A DNA stretch of 63,438 nucleotides, counting the filler, from Octopus bimaculoides (lineage: Eukaryota), in the NCBI RefSeq assembly GCF_001194135.2. It is 5 parts of 5 records of this genome, joined end to end, with 100 filler letters (N's around TTAATTAATTAA, not from the genome) between each part and the next. Parts side by side here need not be neighbours in the genome. Positions count along the whole stretch, not along the records: positions 44,057 to 50,630 come from NC_068990.1; positions 50,731 to 61,239 come from NC_069005.1; positions 61,340 to 63,438 come from NW_026302394.1; 2 more parts are not named here. One strand, 5' to 3'. Shown one piece after another: positions 49,150-61,876 of the stretch; the first letter of the stretch is position 1, and the number at the start of each line of letters is the position of its first letter. The notes beneath the pieces are model-generated. The model did not search any database, was not told the origin of the DNA, and worked only from the letters and a program-made list of their open reading frames with translations. The position numbers were made by a program, and so were the translations under genes.

Positions 49150-49621
49150 TCATCATCATCATCATCATCATTTAACATCCGTTGTCCAAGTAGATATGGG
49201 TTGGACAGTTTGACTGGGCTGGTATGCTGCAAGGCTGTGCCAGGATCCAGTCTGATTTGGCATGGTTTTCTACAGATGGATGCTGTTCCTAACGCTAACC
49301 ACTCCAAGTGTGTAATGGCTGCTTTTACATGCCACTGGCATGGGTGCCATTTGTGTGACACCGGTATCTGCCACAACTATGATTTTGCTTGGCTTGATGG
49401 TTCTTTTTCTCAAGCATGGCATAATGCTCGAAAGGAACTCAGCCATTTTGCCTCCATGAGACCTAGTGCTCGACAGGCACTCAACCACCTCACCTCTGTG
49501 AGGCCCAACACTCAAAAGAGCCTCAGCCACTTTGCTTCCACGAGGCCCAATGCTCAAAGGTTGATTTTTTTTACATGCATGGATGCACTTGGCTTGACAG
49601 GTCATCTTAAGCAGATCACAT

Positions 49622-49622
<1 letters not shown>
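49150..49622 (-). mobile_element. RTE 3' UTR variant with three ~40-bp tandem units
   Basis: catcatcatttaacatcc... tail; ctcagcca...gaggccca...ctc units at ~49437-49558. Confidence 0.65.
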
Positions 49623-49681
<59 letters not shown>

Positions 49682-50730
49682 GTGTGTGTGTATATATGAT
49701 GAACTTCTTTCAGTTTCCATCTTCCGAGTCCACTCACAAGGCTTTGTTCAACATGGGGCTCTTGTGGAAGACACTTGCCCAAAGTACTGTGCAGTGAGAC
49801 TGACCCTAAGAAGCCTGTGGTTGGGAAGCAGACTCATTGAACAACTGATTCTGAGATCTCTGCACAAATATTTTGCAAAAAAAGAAAAGAGGCTAAACAC
49901 TACTACAGTTTCATTACAAAAGTGAAATGTCCACTCAAAACTTACAGAGATGGAGATGAACTAAAACAAAAATGTTAAGATGCGTAGAGATATCTTTCAG
50001 TAGTTAGAAGATTTCATTGGTACATTTTCTCCTTCCTTTAGTCCAATAAAAACAGTGGTTTTATTACTTATTAGAGAGAATTATTACTTTGTCTAGTCAG
50101 TCAATATTTATGTAGACAGGTGTTTAACTATTTAACAGTATTTTGAAATTAAGATTCTAAAAACAAACACACCCATACATATACAAATGCCATCACACAG
50201 ACATACACACAAAAGCACACAAGTACACATGTGTGCACATACACACACACACAACACACACACACAACACACACACATGCATACATATATATGACATTAC
50301 CAAACAATTTCTGTCCATCGAATTCCATTCATAAATTATTGATCAGCCTGAAGTTAAGGCAAAAGACAGTTGCCTAAGGTGTTACCCCATGAGATTCAAC
50401 CCAGAATCACTTGGTTAGAAAGAACTTCTTGATTGTGCTAAGGTCTCCTTTGAATAAGGTCAGGGACCTACATAATAATTAACACTGAAGAATAACCATT
50501 TACATAAATGTTTACTATGGTACTATATAGAGATGAGATGGCTGAGCTATTGGATTACCAAATAAAATGCCTTCAATTCAAATATTTTGTTCTGCAGGGA
50601 TCAACTTTACTTTCTATTCTTTTTGTGGGTNNNNNNNNNNNNNNNNNNNNNNNNNNNNNNNNNNNNNNNNNNNNTTAATTAATTAANNNNNNNNNNNNNN
50701 NNNNNNNNNNNNNNNNNNNNNNNNNNNNNN

Positions 50731-50780
<50 letters not shown>

Positions 50781-51399
50781 TCACACGCGTATATATGTGT
50801 GTGTGTTGCCGTTATGTTATTTGTGACAACGTGGACTCGTCCAATTCCACTCAGCGTTCCTTTATTCCTCCTTCTCCTTATTAACATTCTCCGCTTCCAA
50901 CCTTGTCCAAAATTCTAGGTGCTGGTATATATTCTTTCATTCTTTTACTTGTTTCAGTCATTTGACTGCGGCCATACCGGAGCACCGTCTGAATGGAAGA
51001 GAGGTATACAGATACCGATATAGGAAGGGAGAGAGAGAGAGGGAGAGAGAGATGGATATAATGAGTAGGAGAGAGGGCAAGAGATGAGAAATGATGGCTG
51101 AAAGAAGAAACATTACGAAAAGATAAAATAAAATATATTCCCAATAATGTAAAGAGAAAAAACAAATAATGCAGATAAAATCGGAACACACCGTACGGTG
51201 TCGGAGGATATCGGAGGATGGCGTGGGATGGCGTGGGATGGCGGATGATGGCGGAGTATGGTGAAGAAATTCGCTATTTACAATTTGCGAAGACAATTCA
51301 CATGGTGCATGGCAGGTGAGACTGCATTCTTGTTGAAAGGTGTTAAACATCACCTTTTCAAGGTGTTTGTCTCACAATTGTCTTTCTTCCATTATCTCT

Positions 51400-51599
51400 G
51401 CTATACATCTGTCTTTTTTGTCTCTCTCTCTCTTTCTCAACAGTCTTTCTGCATCTATGTTCTCTCTCTCTGAATCTCTCTCTCTCCCTCTCTCCCTACC
51501 ATAGTCTTTCTACCTCTATGCGCCTCTCTTCTCTCTCTCTGTCTCTCCCCTTCTCATCCTTCACATTTTGCTTCTATGTTCTTCACTCTATCAATCCTC

Positions 51600-51659
<60 letters not shown>

Positions 51660-52110
51660 GCACACACACAATCTCTTTGCTTANNNNNNNNNNCTCTTTG
51701 CTTATCTCTTTCTTCCTCTCTCACTCTTTTTTTCTGTCTCAACCTCTCTCTTATCTTTCTGCATCTCTTTTCTTTTCTTCCTCTGTCTCTCCTTCATTAT
51801 CTCTTACAGTTTTTCTGTCTCTGTCTCCCTCTTCTCTCTCATACACAATCTTTCTGTCTCTTTGTGTTCTTCTTTCTCTTTCTTTCTCTCCTCTTCCTTT
51901 TCTTTCTACCTCACTATATATGTTCTCTCTCTCTCTGTCTTTTCTCTTTTCTCTCTGCCTTCTTGTTCTCTCTTTCTCCGTCTCTCTTCATCTCTTTCTC
52001 ACAACCATCCCCTCTCTCTGTCTCTCCTTATCTCTCTCTCACAGTCTTTCCACCTCTCAGTTTATAAGTTCTCTCTTTCTCTTTCTTTCTCTCTCTCCTC
52101 TCTCCTATCA
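51400..52110. repeat. Polypyrimidine (CT)n-rich low-complexity tract
   Basis: Direct inspection. Confidence 0.9.
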
Positions 52111-52744
52111 ACTCCGTTGATTAAGTCTGTCGTCATGACAGACAAAAAAAAACTAAACAAAACAAAATAACACAAACAAATAAATGAATTAAGAAACTCA
52201 TAAAAAAAACGGTAAAATAAAATATAAAGTTAAATGGGTAAAACAAGAAAATCGAAGAGAAGTTGTGTAGATGGCGCTGGTGATGGTCCGATCGTCTGCT
52301 GGTTGGCATTCTCTCCAAATGACGAGAGACAACGAGAACAAACATTAATGTCTGCACGCAAAGGAAACACCGAGAAATGATGACGGCGACGACGACTACG
52401 ATAATGGGGTGGGTGGTGGGTGGAGGGAAGGATACGAAGGAGGAGAAGGGGAGAGGAGGAGTTTGAGGAAGAAAAGATGTGGAATAAGACAAGAAAATGA
52501 CTGATGCTGCTGATGATGATGATAGTGGTGACGGAGATTGTGATGATGGTGTTATGAGTGGTGATGTTCCAGGTGGTGATGATGGTGATAATAGAGATGA
52601 TGATGACGATGACGATGATGACGATGACGATGATGATTGTGATGAGAATAATGATGAAGTTGATAATGATGATGATGATGGTGACGGTGATAATGTTGAA
52701 AGTGGTGATAAAGATAATGGAGTCTCAAATTTGTTGGGGTGGGG

Positions 52745-52918
52745 GAGGGGAGACTAGTTGATTACATCGATCCCAGTTTTTCACTGATACTTAATTTATA
52801 GACTCTGAAAGGATGGAAGGCAAAGTCGACTCCGGCGGAATTTGAAATCAGAACCTTATGGACGAAATGCCAGTAAGCATTTCGCCTGGCGTACTAACGA
52901 TTCTGCTGGCTCGCCGCC

Positions 52919-52920
<2 letters not shown>
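52745..52920 (-). mobile_element. SINE family B
   Basis: gattacatcgatcccag...gaaaggatggaaggcaaagtcgactccggcggaatttgaa...ctggctcgccgcc. Confidence 0.8.
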
Positions 52921-52972
<52 letters not shown>

Positions 52973-53594
52973 GGAATAACAAAAATAATAAAGATAATAA
53001 TAAATATAGACAGAAAAAGAATGAAATAGTATTGAGTTTGAAATATGAAAATATTTGACATGGTTTTACAAACATTATCTAAATAACGTAAAATTTCGAT
53101 AACGTTTGCATAACCTCGGTCGTTTAATTTAATGTTATGAAACAATATAGTTGTTTGTTTGTTTTTCTCATTTTGTCTATTGACTCAACCTTTGAGTTTT
53201 GGTACAGCCAATAATAGTTTGGCAAGATTAATCTTATAGAACGCTTGACCAAATAATGATGAGGGGGATGTAAAAAAAATATAACAACGAAATAATAAGA
53301 AATTTATGTTTGAAAAGCTACTTTAAAAAAGACATTAATGTGAGTTAATATATACGTGTATGTGTGTAAGAGTGTATATACACACACACACACACACATA
53401 TATATACACAGATATGGGTGTGTGTGAGTGTGTATTTGTATTCCGTGTCTGTATTTACGTATGCATTTGCGTATATGCCATAATTTTCTATATAGGAAAT
53501 GACTTTTATCGATATATGTATAGTATGTTTAGTAGAGATTAGTTGATAAGTTGTGTATAAACATGAAGAATATATATATATATANNNNNNNNNN

Positions 53595-53847
53595 TATATA
53601 TGGAAAAAAATTAAGGTACTCAGAAATCTGGATGTTTCTACATTTACAGATTTTTATTAATGTCACATATTAAATAAAGCGCTTTTCACCTGGTCGTGCA
53701 GGATTTTCAACCTAACCCTAACCCCAAAACAATTTGAAAATCCTGCACGACCAGGTGAAAAGCGCTTTATTTAATATGTGACATTAATAAAAATCTGTAA
53801 ATGTACAAACATCCAGATTTCTGAGTACCTTAATTTTTTTCTATATA
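53595..53847. repeat. Near-perfect foldback (~114-bp arms) with telomere-like loop
   Basis: Arms 53595-53710 and 53734-53847 differ at 2 positions. Loop cctaaccctaaccccaaaacaat. Confidence 0.95.
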
Positions 53848-54046
53848 ATTTCTGTACATCACCTCCAAACCTTCAAATATATATATATACAACGAAAAAA
53901 GGGCACCCGGCACACATGTACATATATACATATGTATGTATATGTATACATTCATATATATATACATATACAGTATATATACGTTTATATACAAGAGTGT
54001 GTGTGTGTATGTGAGTATATATCTGTGTGTATATATATTTATATTT

Positions 54047-54133
<87 letters not shown>

Positions 54134-54759
54134 ATNNNNNNNNNNNNNNNNNNNNNNNNNNNNNNNNNNNNNNNNNNNNNNNNNNNNNNNNNNNNNNNNN
54201 NNNNNNNNNNNNNNNNNNNNNNNNNNNNNNNNNNNNNNNNNNNNNNNNNNNNNNNNNNNNNNNNNNNNNNNNNNNNNNNNNNNNNNNNNNNNNNNNNNNN
54301 NNNNNNNNNNNNNNNNNNNNNNNNNNNNNNNNNNNNNNNNNNNNNNNNNNNNNNNNNNNNNNNNNNNNNNNNNNNNNNNNNNNNNNNNNNNNNNNNNNNN
54401 NNNNNNNNNNNNNNNNNNNNNNNNNNNNNNNNNNNNNNNNNNNNNNNNNNNNNNNNNNNNNNNNNNNNNNNNNNNNNNNNNNNNNNNNNNNNNNNNNNNN
54501 NNNNNNNNNNNNNNNNNNNNNNNNNNNNNNNNNNNNNNNNNNNNNNNNNNNNNNNNNNNNNNNNNNNNNNNNNNNNNNNNNNNNNNNNNNNNNNNNNNNN
54601 NNNNNNNNNNATTTGTGTGTGTGTGTAAATATACATATATGTATACATGTACACATACGTACACAGACACACATATATACACATAATTACAGGATATCGG
54701 GCAAAATGATTTGTTTCTATATAAATAAATGTATTTTGGAGTGTTTTACGTGTATACTT

Positions 54760-54815
<56 letters not shown>

Positions 54816-55039
54816 GTGTATATGAGTATGTATATATATACACACACACACATACGTATATATGAGTATGAGTACACACACACATACACACACAGATATA
54901 TGCAAATATTACTTATTCCGTAATGGTACTACGGTTGTATATTATGCATTCATTATTTATGTATCACATTATATAACAAAACGATGAACCGACATTTATA
55001 AATGAGAAATCTTTCCTCCACATTTTATAAATCTCCTGT

Positions 55040-55400
55040 ATTTGTCACTGGACCCAAACTACTGCAACCACCCCACCTCTTCTTTTTCCTCTCATTTCCG
55101 TTTCATTTTCTTCTCCCGTTCTTTTCTCACCCCCTTCCCAACATGCCTAAAGTCGGCAGCTTCTTACACCACATGCACTCCTACCTTTTGTATTCGAAAC
55201 CTTATCTCTGTCAGTCATTTCCCTACTTCTCCTCCCTTTCTTACAACTGAAACCCTTTTTTCCTACCCGCTTATCACATTCTTTATTTTTCGCCACCTTT
55301 TTTTTTACTCTCTTTCTTGATATTTCTTTGATGAAGAGGCAGCATCCAAAACGTCAAGACTCTCATCCATTCTTTTAAGCGGCAAACTAATACACTCCCC
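55040..55400 (+). mobile_element. Penelope-like element terminal remnant (tentative)
   Basis: Pyrimidine-rich tract followed by ttgatgaagaggcagcatccaaaacgtcaagac, a decayed (c)tgatgaag...cgaaacgt motif. Confidence 0.35.
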
Positions 55401-55529
55401 CACCACATCAGAACACTGAGGATAACATCCTCAGTGATCAAAGAGCGAACGTATAATTACTATCGGAAACAGCCATAAGTCGAGTTTATTAAATTAAAGG
55501 AACATTTAATGACCATTGTTATACCATGT

Positions 55530-55599
<70 letters not shown>

Positions 55600-56277
55600 T
55601 GTGTATGCATGTGTGTATATGTGCGTGCTTATATGTATATATATATATATATATACAAGTGTGTGTGTGCGTGCGTGTGTATATATGCATGTGTATGTAT
55701 TCAAATGCATATCTGTTTTATCTGTGTATGTATACTTTTATTCACATATAACACACATACACACATATTTATATATACATATACATACACACATACATAT
55801 ACATATTTATAAATAAATATATATATATATCTACATATCACATACATATACATATGATACATACAATATATATATGCATATAATATAGGTACATATATAT
55901 ATATGTATAATATGTGTACATATAATATATATATATGTATATATGTATGTACACACATACATGTATATATATATATATATACGTATGCACACGCACACAC
56001 ATGTGTTCATCCATTTCCCCCATTACTCTATAATTTTCGACTACCTGTAAGTAAGGGTTGTCTACCTGAGTGTCATTAAGTCTGTATTACTTGTGCGTCG
56101 TATCAAGTTGTGCTCCTCACTCTTACAACATCCCATTAACATGTCAACGCTGGCCTTTCTTACTTTGAATTCAAATATGATTTTCTTTTATCCAGCACAG
56201 AGACACACGAGCTCGTATGCTCTATCTATATACATGAGAAATTAGATAAATGACAAGGGAATAAAAAGAACTCCATT

Positions 56278-56358
56278 AGCTTACAGCTGTTTCTGATATA
56301 AGATGCAAAATACGTATAGTCGAGTGTTTGTGCATCACCCAATAACTTCATCGGAACT
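56278..56358 (-). ncRNA. Degenerate hammerhead-like motif with long stem II
   Basis: AGUU-CCGAUGA-[~54 nt including GAUGCA/UGCAUC]-GAAAC(AGCU)GUA-AGCU. Confidence 0.4.
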
Positions 56359-56532
56359 TTAAATTTGAAGTATAATTTTATTTAGGAAAGCATTTATACA
56401 TATATAAATATATATAACATATGGTATAATCATAAACAGGGCATTTCTCCGCAAACTAAAAAAAAAAATGATGAACAACCTTAATTGATTTTCGAACCTT
56501 ATTGGGTTCTTATCAGAGGCATCTACATCAAT

Positions 56533-56563
<31 letters not shown>

Positions 56564-56862
56564 TTCTGTCTGCGTTTGTTCAGTGATATAGCAGCTCGCC
56601 CCCCCAAAAAACACCGATAGAACAAGTATCAGATTTAAAAAATTTAATAAGTACTGGGTTCGATTCATTCGACTAAAATTTCTTCAAGGCGGTGCTCCAG
56701 CATGGCCGCAGTCTAATGACTGAAACAGATCACACACACAAACACACACATACATACTGACACACTCATACACATACCCATATTTTGCACGGATGTGTCT
56801 GTATATGTATTCATGTGTGTGTGTGTATGCGTGTGTGTGTACACACACAAACACACACACAC

Positions 56863-56939
<77 letters not shown>

Positions 56940-57538
56940 CACACACACACACACATATATATATATACACACACACACACACATATATATATATACACAC
57001 ACACACACACATATATATATATACANNNNNNNNNNNNNNNNNNNNNNNNNNNNNNNNNNNNNNNNNNNNNNNNNNNNNNNNNNNNNNNNNNNNNNNNNNN
57101 NNNNNNNNNNNNNNNNNNNNNNNNNNNNNNNNNNNNNNNNNNNNNNNNNNNNNNNNNNNNNNNNNNNNNNNNNNNNNNNNNNNNNNNNNNNNNNNNNNNN
57201 NNNNNNNNNNNNNNNNNNNNNNNNNNNNNNNNNNNNNNNNNNNNNNNNNNNNNNNNNNNNNNNNNNNNNNNNNNNNNNNNNNNNNNNNNNNNNNNNNNNN
57301 NNNNNNNNNNNNNNNNNNNNNNNNNNNNNNNNNNNNNNNNNNNNNNNNNNNNNNNNNNNNNNNNNNNNNNNNNNNNNNNNNNNNNNNNNNNNNNNNNNNN
57401 NNNNNNNNNNNNNNNNNNNNNNNNNNNNNNNNNNNNNNNNNNNNNNNNNNNNNNNNNNNNNNNNNNNNNNNNNNNNNNNNNNNNNNNNNNNNNNNNNNNN
57501 NNNNNNNNNNNNNNNNNNNNNNNNNNNNNNNNNNNNNN

Positions 57539-57570
<32 letters not shown>

Positions 57571-57898
57571 ATCACGCACACATGCCACTCTCCCCACACC
57601 ACACACACAGCTGCGCGCGCACGCATGCACTAACTTGCTTCGTTCGTTGTTTATCGTTTTTAAAATCAATATTGCAAATCTATGTAACTATTTTGTATCA
57701 ATTTATTTAGCACGTTAATCACTGGACATCTATTGATTGGTTATTGACGTATCGAACATTTTACACACATATGCACACACACACACACACTCACACTCAC
57801 AAACCCCCGCATATATACTCTCATACTTCCACCTAAAACCACACACATATGTCTATGTAAGCATGCATCTATCGTATTGTGAGTGTGTGTGTGTGTGT

Positions 57899-57983
<85 letters not shown>

Positions 57984-60116
57984 TTTATTCTGTACGAAAA
58001 GACCAAAAGTTGGTAAGAAACTTAAGTCCGCAGCTATAAAAATATTCTTGTGTAACATATTACAAAACCAAAGACTGCAAACCGCAACACCACATACAAC
58101 AACATAAAAAACTTAGAAAGTAAAACGTAATAACTGCGACTTATATATATTTGTTCTGTTTTGCCCCTTATTAATCCACTCTCACTCTCTTCTTTTTAAA
58201 CCATTGTATTTATAAATACAACAGCCGACTCGCCTTTTCCATTCTACTCCTGGAAAGGGAGACTTAACTCACTTAACAATTTCATTTAGAAATGTCGCTG
58301 GTGGCACGCCTATAACATCATGTACATATCGCCAATGAATATCGTTATTATGTAAGTCGGGTCCCTTGAAACAGCTGTTGAGATAAGACACTACATAATG
58401 TTTTTTCGTTATATATTTAATCTTTATTTTATAAACTATATTTTGTGCTCCATGTAAATATGTTTCAAGTCTGTGTTTATCTTTCTCGCATTTCTCTCTC
58501 TTTCTTTCTTTCCTCCTTCCTTTCTATACAAACATATATATTTACACACATGTATACATATACACATAAATACACAGATATATATATATTTACTTATATG
58601 TGTGTGTGAATGTAATAACTAATATTTATATAATTACACGTCTGTTGAGGTATCTGCTTAGTTAAAATTGCTGATATGGCTGTTTGCCCAGTGAGTGTGT
58701 GGGCGTGTGTGTATGTGTGTGCGTGTATGTGTGTGTGTGTGTGCGTGCGTGTATGTGTGTTTGTATGTGTTTGTGTGTGTATATGCTTGTGTATGAATGC
58801 TTGCGTGTATACATGCATAAAAGTTGTGTATAGATATATATATATGATTACATTTGTATGTGTGTGTGTTTTGTATGTATGTGTTTGCATGTACATATAT
58901 GTCTGTGTATGAATATGTATTTATGCGGGTATGTATATATTTACATATATGCGCATGTGTATGTGTGCGGGTGTATATGTATGAATATATATATGCGTAC
59001 ATATATATGTACATATGCATGTGGGTGTTCATGTGTATACATAAATATATATATCTATCTATGTATAGATGCGTCTCCACATATATCTATATTATATATA
59101 CATATATATGAATGTATGTACATTGGTGATTAATTTACGTGTGTATGTATATGTATGTGTACACTTATAAATGTATAAATATGCGTATATATATGTATAT
59201 ATGTTTGTGTATACATCAGTTTTTATCTATGTATGCATAGATGTCTCCACATATATTTATATTCTCTCTCTCTCTCTCTATATATATATGAATGTAAGTG
59301 TATTGGCATACGTGTGTATGAATGTATGTATATGTATGTGTATATTTGTGTCTGTGTGTATGCGTACATAGACCAGGTTCCAAAATCTAACAAACCGAAG
59401 ATCTAAAGAGCAGTTCCTATATTTAAGAACATCTCACAACTATCTCACTGAAGAACGGTTTCTTACGATGCCAGAAGGCCAAATATTGAAACTGGCTTCT
59501 ATTTTACCCGGTCTGGATAAAAGACAAAAACCGACCCAGACAATTCTTTCCTGTAATTAACTTACTTGTCTTACAACTTCTGTCATTTCTTCTCTACCTC
59601 AACGACCAATCAGAATACACACAATCGATTATGTTGTTCCTTCTCCAAGTTTCACAGATTTCAAAGACTTGCTGTTGATACAGTCTCACTTCTCTTCTTT
59701 ACCGTTTTTTTCTTCTTCCTGGATTGTTTCCTACACCAGAACAAGTCACACGGAGATAAAAACCAGAACAAGCCTTTATTAACTTATGGTAATAATTCAC
59801 TGAGGTTTAAAGTTATCGTCTGCCAGAGTAGGTTTAACACACACGATATTAAAGAACGAAAAAACAAAAAAGCCGTTGGGAAAGGGATTTGCCCTAAGTC
59901 TATAATGGATTCCTCTTTTCATCTCGTTTTATACGCCATTAAAATATGTTTCAATCACTCTTTGTTATGTAACGAACCTACGGCCATTAAGGTTATCAAT
60001 CCATTCTTGTACATACATATATACATACATACGTACGTACATACATATTTACATACATACATACGTACATGTATTCAGCATACATACATACATGTGAATA
60101 TATGTACGTATGTATG

Positions 60117-60159
<43 letters not shown>

Positions 60160-60198
60160 ACACATACACATACACATACATACATACATACATTTATA

Positions 60199-60825
60199 CA
60201 GGGTGCGGTGAATATATTCTCTTCTGAATTATGCAAGAATGAAAATAACACTGATATCTCATTTTAAGAGATATATTTACCAAAATTACATAAAAATATC
60301 TTGAAATACTAAAGAGTAAATTTATTCAATAAAATCGCCATTGGCTTCAACCACAGCCTCCAGACGACTTTGGAATCTCCTGCAACTCTTCTGGATGGTC
60401 TCCTTGTTTAAGTTGGTGAATGCTGCCATAATCCTTGCCTTCAGTTCATCTTTGGTGTTACAAGGAGTTTTGTTGGTCTCTTGCTCAACTGCGCCCCACA
60501 CATAATAATCAAGGGGGTTGCAGCCTGGGGAGTTAAGTGGCCAGGTGTTAGGGGTGATGTAGTCACAGAAATTGTCTGACAGCCATGACTGGGTTCTCCA
60601 GCTTGTGTGGCATGGTGCAGAGTCCTGTTGCCAGACTTAGGGTCTTCCAGTAGCCATCCTCTTGACTCGGGGCAGCACTACCTCCTCCAGGCACTCGAAG
60701 TAGGCCTCGGCGTTGTGTCTGAGGTCGTGTGGGAAGATGAATGGAGGCATAACATCACCATCACTAGAGACCACCCCACATACTATGATGTTGACTGGAT
60801 GTTTGATTTTTATCACTCTTGGTTT
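60199..60825 (-). mobile_element. DD37D (maT) transposon 3' half
   Basis: 168 codons (60825-60322): ...WQQDSAPCHTSWRTQSWLSDNFCDYITPNTWPLNSPGCNPLDYYVW...EANGDFIE*. Exactly 37 residues separate the 2nd and 3rd D. One premature TAA at 60637-60639. Terminus TA|CAGGGTGCG at 60199. Confidence 0.9.
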
Positions 60826-61340
60826 TGGCTACAGCTAAGTCTGAGAGAGTGAGAGAAAGGGGGAGAGAGAGGGAGAACAAGAAAGAGATATGGAGAGTAA
60901 GAAAGAAAAAAGAGAGTAAGAGAGAGAGTGAAAGTGCGTGAAAGAGAGAGAGGGAGAGAGAGTGAAAGTGTGTGAGTGAGAGAGATAGTTGAATCGATCC
61001 CAGTGCCTTCTTGCTGGTTCTTGACCAGGATGTGTTCACTAACTTGAAATGTGTCGATTTAATAATTTAGTTACATTATATGGCCATGGTTTTAGATAGT
61101 TACGCTCTCGAAGACAAGTCAGGTGCTTTATCATGCTACTTGTGAATTCCGGGAAAATTATTGATACTCAAGCAGACTGTTCTGAGACTTACTGAACTCC
61201 GTATATTAAAAGACTACATCTCAAGCACACACATTGAAANNNNNNNNNNNNNNNNNNNNNNNNNNNNNNNNNNNNNNNNNNNNTTAATTAATTAANNNNN
61301 NNNNNNNNNNNNNNNNNNNNNNNNNNNNNNNNNNNNNNNC

Positions 61341-61645
61341 AAGGAAAAGATATGTTCTGTTGTGGAAATCAGCTGCCCTCTGGACACCGATGTAGTTAGA
61401 AAAACACAGGAGAAAGAGGACATTTATGGGCCATTGATAGAGTTTGCACTCCAGTACCCAAAATATAACTCCATCTTTGTACCTATTACCATTGGAGCAA
61501 CAGGGTACATACCATCCCATCTGGAGTAAAGTATGGCTTAGTAAAGTATGGAAAGAGTGCAAATCCTGAATTCATTCTTATGCTACAAAGGATCACGATA
61601 TCTGAGATTATAAAAATCTGTAAGACCGTCTTAGGATTTAAAAAC
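61341..61645 (+). pseudogene. Restriction-like endonuclease C-terminus of an RLE-type non-LTR retrotransposon (R4/NeSL/HERO-like)
   Basis: KEKICSVVEISCPLDTDVVRKTQEKEDIYGPL...FVPITIGATGYIP, then after a stop and frameshift EIIKICKTVLGFK. Confidence 0.75.
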
Positions 61646-61876
61646 CGATGAGCAAAATATGCTTTCTTGTCAAGATTTACTCAAAATTGAAAAGAGAAAG
61701 AGAACATATATATATATGAATGCACGCGTGTATACATACTTGCATATATAAATACATGCATATATGCATGCATACATACATATATGCATATATACATACA
61801 TGTATACATGCATACATACGTACATACATACATGCATACATACACACTGACAGACAGACAGACAGACGGTACTTAC

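Noticed and set aside
59566-60267. 233-aa plus-strand ORF
   Set aside because: It starts at a non-ATG codon, runs through a microsatellite into a transposon end, and has no recognisable domain.
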